From the human T2T-CHM13v2.0 reference genome, Homo sapiens: DNA of 64,000 nt. The stretch lies in NCBI RefSeq assembly GCF_009914755.1, contig NC_060927.1, one strand, 5' to 3'. Below are positions 59,633-64,000 of this stretch, piece after piece; within the stretch, counting starts at the first letter, position 1; the number at the start of each line of letters is the position of its first letter. A program made the position numbers and the translations under genes. The notes below the pieces were generated by a model, which had not been told where the DNA came from, made no database searches, and saw nothing but the letters and a program-made list of their open reading frames with translations.

Positions 59633-60118
59633 TGTGGTGGAATGTTTGCAAAATCGCCAGTGAAATTCCACTCCCTGTCCCTAAGGCTTTGTAGTTCTCT
59701 CCCACACTGATTCTGTTCTTGGCTATTTAATTTGCTATGGCCAATGAGACAATAGCAAATGTGCCACAGGCAGAGGCTTGAGATGGATTTCCACATAGGA
59801 GCTTGCCTTCTTTCACTGCTGGGACTCCTGGTACCATGGGAAAAACCTGGCTGATCTATTGGAGGCACATAGTTCATTGGACATTCACCACCATCTGACT
59901 GCCAGCACCAACTGCTGTATATGCCAGCTAAGCCTATCTAGACTAGTCAGCATCTGCAATCAAATGCAGCTGTATAAGCCTAGGCAAGAGCAGTAGAATT
60001 GCCCAACTGAGTGTTGTCCAAATTGCCAACTCACTGAATTTAGAGTTAATAAATTATTCTTGTTTTAAGTCACTGTCTTTTGGAGCAGTTTGTTATATAG
60101 CAATGGCTAACTGATACA
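59633..60118 (+). mobile_element. MLT1I-like LTR
   Basis: GGCCAATGAGACAATAGCAAATGTG..CAGAGGCTTGA...GCTAACTGATACA. Confidence 0.75.
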
Positions 60119-60170
60119 CTACTGCATTAATTATATTAAAGAACAGCTCTAATCACATTGTCCTCCTGCT

Positions 60171-60296
60171 CAGGTGACCATCCTCATTTGCATGGAATAG
60201 TCTTGGTTTACATCTGCTGTCCTAGATGGTAATTGATAATGCCATCTTTGACCCTCAACATTGCTAGTTTGGAGGGCAAAATCAGTGGTCACCCTG
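60171..60296. mobile_element. MER94-like hAT-Blackjack MITE
   Basis: TIR-like GGTGACCA / TGGTCACCCT. Confidence 0.65.
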
Positions 60297-60934
60297 CTTC
60301 TGCTCAAAATCATTATTATTTCCTGTTGTTTTAAATAAACTCTTTGGCTTAGTGTTCAAGAACTTCCATGAGCTGGTTTAAACATATCTTTCAAAAAGAG
60401 TCTTCCCCTGCCCCATTCCAAGCTTCAGACAAACTGGGCTGTGGCTGAATCTCCAAAATACAACCTTCACTTTCCGCTCCTGCATCTAGTCTCTTCCTTA
60501 TGTTTCTTCCTATGTTGTTGTTTTCATCCATCTTAAACTCCTACTCCATCTTCGAAGCTCCTGGCCAAACACTGTTTCCATTATATCTGTCCGTTTCCCT
60601 CAACTGGATGTTGGGCAGCTGATGGAACCTCATCCCTAGTTCCCTCTCCCAAGCCATCTACAGTGGCGGTGACAATGAACCTCATCTTATAATACCTTCA
60701 GCAGTATATCCTATCCTTAGGTAGTTTTAATCACCTTAAGTAGAACAACAGCAGCCATAGACAATATGTAATTTGCCAGATTCTTGAGGACAGGGATTGC
60801 ATCTTGCCCATTTTGTAATTTCCTATAGTGCCTGGTGTAGTGCCGTGAGTCTAGGAGGTGATCCACAAGTGTTTATTGAGTTGTTTGAAGGCTTAAAGAC
60901 TGAGGCAAATGCCAATTGCCATGTTCTTTATACA

Positions 60935-61160
60935 CTGTCTTTGACTGGGTTCCTTGGAAACAGACACTGAAGTGGGTAGTTGCTTGCAGAATGATTGCTT
61001 TTGGGAGATACACCTCAAAGGAAGTGAGGATGACAGGATTGAGCAGAGGGAGAAGCTGATACAAACATGGTTGTAACCAGGGCTTCAGTCAGTCCTTTGG
61101 GAGCTCTGGAGCAGGCTTGGCCCTTCAGAGTTGTTTGCCATTGAGGCAAGGGGGTTTCCA
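60935..61160 (-). mobile_element. LTR16A-like fragment
   Basis: CAGGATTGAGCAGAGGGAGAAGCTGA..GGGAGCTCTGGAGC..GGCCCTTCAGAGTTG. Confidence 0.75.
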
Positions 61161-61371
61161 AAGCCCACTTATTTGACAGTTCAATCATAGGGACTCCTTT
61201 TCAAGCTTTTAAGTCTTCTTCCTCAATATCAGACCAACAGTGGCCACTGCCTATTAAGGTCAGCATGCCCAGTTTAAGGATCTCTTTCCCCTACCACCTG
61301 TCTTTGCTTCCAATCTACTGTGTGAAAAATATGATTTCTTATTTTCTTAAAATTTAGTCTAAATTTTTAAT

Positions 61372-61582
61372 TTAAACTTTTTATGTAAAGGCCAAATAGT
61401 AAATCTTTAAGGCTCTGCTGGCCATGCAGTTTCTCTCTTGACTACCCAACTTTGCTGTTGTAGTGGAACAGCAATCACAGACAATATGGAAACAAATGAG
61501 CAACTGTGTTTCAATAAAACCTTATTTACAAAAGCAGGTTGCAGGCTGGGTTTGTCTACAGGCCCTTGTTTGCTGATCCCTG
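61372..61582 (+). mobile_element. MER58A
   Basis: TGTAAAGGCCAAATAGTAAAT..CAATAAAACCTTATTTACAAAAGCAGG..TTTGCTGATCCCTG. Confidence 0.85.
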
Positions 61583-62577
61583 GTCTAAATTAAGACTAAA
61601 TTCATTCAAAGTAGAAATTTAAAGAATTTTCTCATAAAGGGCTGTGGGTTAAAACATGGAGTTTGGGATTAAATTTTTGATTTTGCAGAGGGGTTGAGGG
61701 TCTACCTTCTGTGGTTCTGTCTTTGTTTTGAATAGTTAAGATTCCTGATTAAGTCACTTACCTCTAAGGAAGAAACATAATTCTCTAATTATGTTTGATA
61801 TTTTGTGTTTCTGCTTTCTTTGATAAGAATGTTTCATAAAAAAGTTTTTTCCCCCAACAACAGTTATTTAAAATTATCCACAGGGTAACGTTAGAGTATA
61901 TTTGCAACCTGAATGTGAGAAAAAATGATTGTAATAATTTGTATTCAAGGTTGGCTCTCAACTTTTCCATTTTTTATCCTTTTATGACAACTCCAATTTC
62001 TTTATTTGTAAAAATAAGCTTCATAGTTGGAATAATTCTTAGGGAAAGAAAATCAATTGATTAAATAATTCCATGTCTTAAATCGGGTTACTGAAATGAA
62101 AGTTGTACCTGCTGTAATGGGAAAAAATGGTCATTTCCCAGTGGGCTTCAGTGATGTGTTGGAAGGAAGAGTGTGGAGTGTAAGCAAGCAAATGATCATG
62201 GTTGATTGTAGGTAAACAGAATCCTCATGGAAAAGTACATTCACGATTCTTTCCATTATGTGAAAAATAATACTAGTTAAAAAAAAATCAATAGCTTATA
62301 CTATGTATGTGGCCACCCTGAAAGGTCACATAAGCAGAATTTTGATATCCTTGGCATTACTTTCCAAGGTGACTTTGCATTTCACAGGTTTGAAACATTC
62401 TAAGACTTCACTTCTGCACAGCTTGGAAAAATAATTTCCAGGTCTTTTTTGAGTTGTGCATCTTATCAAGTGATTGTGCTATCCCCAACCATCTCCCTTC
62501 TTCTATTATGTTGTGAAATTTAAAATGAGTTAAAACATTTGTTAAGAAGACTCTGGTGTGTCACTGGACCAATGTAT

Positions 62578-62715
62578 TTTTTAAATTTATTATTCTTTTT
62601 TATTATACTTTAAGTTTTAGTGTACATGAGCACAATGTGCGGGTTTTTTACATATGTATACATGTGCCATGTTGGTGTGCTGCACCCATTAACTCTTCAT
62701 TTAACATTAGGTATA
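62578..62715 (-). mobile_element. Short 5'-truncated young L1PA
   Basis: TATACTTTAAGTTTTAG..GCTGCACCCATTAACTC; flanked by ggaccaa on both sides. Confidence 0.85.
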
Positions 62716-62796
62716 AGGACCAAGATTTTGTGGTTTACCTCTTGGTATGCTACAGGAAGTAATCCTTTTGTGTTTCTCAAAAGAGGTTACCTAGAG

Positions 62797-63220
62797 CAGC
62801 GATTCTGAAGCTTTTGGGTCTCAAGAACTCTTTGTAATCTTAAAAATTGTTGAGAATTCCAAATAATTTTTGTTTATGTGAGTTGTAGCTATTAATATAT
62901 GCCATACTTGAAATCAACATTGAGAAAAATAGAAAATATTTCTGCAATTAATTAATGAAAAAATAACATTAATACACCCATTATATATTAGCATAATTTT
63001 TTCTGAAAAATAATTATAGCATGAAGGGCTATTGAATTTTGTCCAAGCCCTTTTCTGCATCTTTTTCAAAACAAAAACAATGTAGTGAGGAGGATGGCAT
63101 TGTTTTACATTCTTGCAAATCTGTTCATTGTCTTAATAGGACACAGCTGGTTTCTCATAGCTGCTGCTTGCATTCAGTTTGTTGTGATATTGCATGTCAT
63201 ATATTCTGGAAAACTCCACT
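62797..63220 (+). mobile_element. MER119 hAT-Charlie
   Basis: CAGCGATTCTGAAGCTTTTGGGTCTCA..GGCATTGTTTTACATT..TGCAAATCT. Confidence 0.8.
63017..63062 (-). mobile_element. 46-bp internal L1PA ORF2 fragment within MER119
   Basis: TAGCATGAAGGGCTATTGAATTTTGTCCAAGCCCTTTTCTGCATCT; no tail or TSD. Confidence 0.7.
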
Positions 63221-63225
63221 TACAT

Positions 63226-63973
63226 TCTTTTATTTATTTATTTATTTATTTATTTATTTTTTACTTGTACTTTTTTCTCACTCTCTTCTTTTTTTTATGA
63301 TACTTTAAGTTCTAGGGTACATGTGCACAACATGCATGTTTGTTACATATGTATACATGTGCCATATATTGGCACATACATTGGTGTGCTGCACCCATTA
63401 ACTCGTTATTTACATTAGGTATATCTCCTAATGCTATCCCTCTCCCCTCCCCCTACCCCACGACAGGCCCTGGTGTATGATGTTCCCCACCCTGTGTCTA
63501 AGTGTTCTCATTGTTCAATTCCCACCTATGAGTGAGAACATGCAGTGTTTGGTTTTCTGTCCTTGCAATAGTTTGCTGAGAATGATGTTTTCCAGCTTCA
63601 TCCATGTACCTACAAAGGACATGAACTCATCCTTTTTATGGCTGCATAGTATTCCATGGTGTATATGTGCCACATTTTCTTAATCCAGTCTATCATGATG
63701 GACATTTGGGTTGGTTCCAAGTCTTTGCTATTGTGAATAGTGCCACAATAAACATACGTCTGCATGTGTCTTTATAGCAGCATGATTTATAATCCTTTGG
63801 GTATATACCCAGTAATGGGATGGCTGGGTCAAATGGTATTTCCAGTTCTAGATCCTTGAGGAATCATCACACTGTCTTCCACAATGGTTGAACTAGTTTA
63901 CAGTCCCATCAACAGTGTAAAAATGTTCCCATTTCTCCACATCCTCTCCAGCACCTGTTGTTTCCTGACTTTT
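63226..63973 (-). mobile_element. L1PA (PA4/5-like) 3' end
   Basis: CCCAGTAATGGGATGGCTGGGTCAAATGG; GTTGAACTAGTTTACAGTCCCA. Confidence 0.92.
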
Positions 63974-64000
63974 TATTTTTTTATTTATTATTATTGTTTT

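Overview
Primate (human-like) genomic DNA dominated by interspersed repeats: about 39 Alu-family copies, many antisense L1 fragments, L2/MIR, MaLR/ERVL/ERV1 solo LTRs (including a full 1.8-kb MER52) and hAT/Tigger DNA transposons. I found no credible protein-coding exon, RNA gene or CRISPR array. The supplied ORFs are repeat read-throughs or chance ORFs; two are decayed L1 ORF2 remnants. L1s and Alus lie mostly on the minus strand, which suggests a long intron of a plus-strand gene that I cannot name. I do not see a new multi-gene system. The most notable signals are repair and retrotransposition fossils: (1) a 172-bp, ~97%-identical inverted templated insertion in an AluJ, with a 21-bp flanking duplication and foldback hairpins at both junctions; (2) an older local copy of the same LTR16 donor; (3) an L1-mobilised, polyadenylated LTR19-like transcript end; (4) a captured 46-bp internal L1 fragment. 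There is also a non-TE pre-miRNA-sized hairpin, candidate non-coding exons, and RFX and CTCF motifs. Repeat subfamily names come from recalled consensus sequences, and boundaries of old repeats are approximate.
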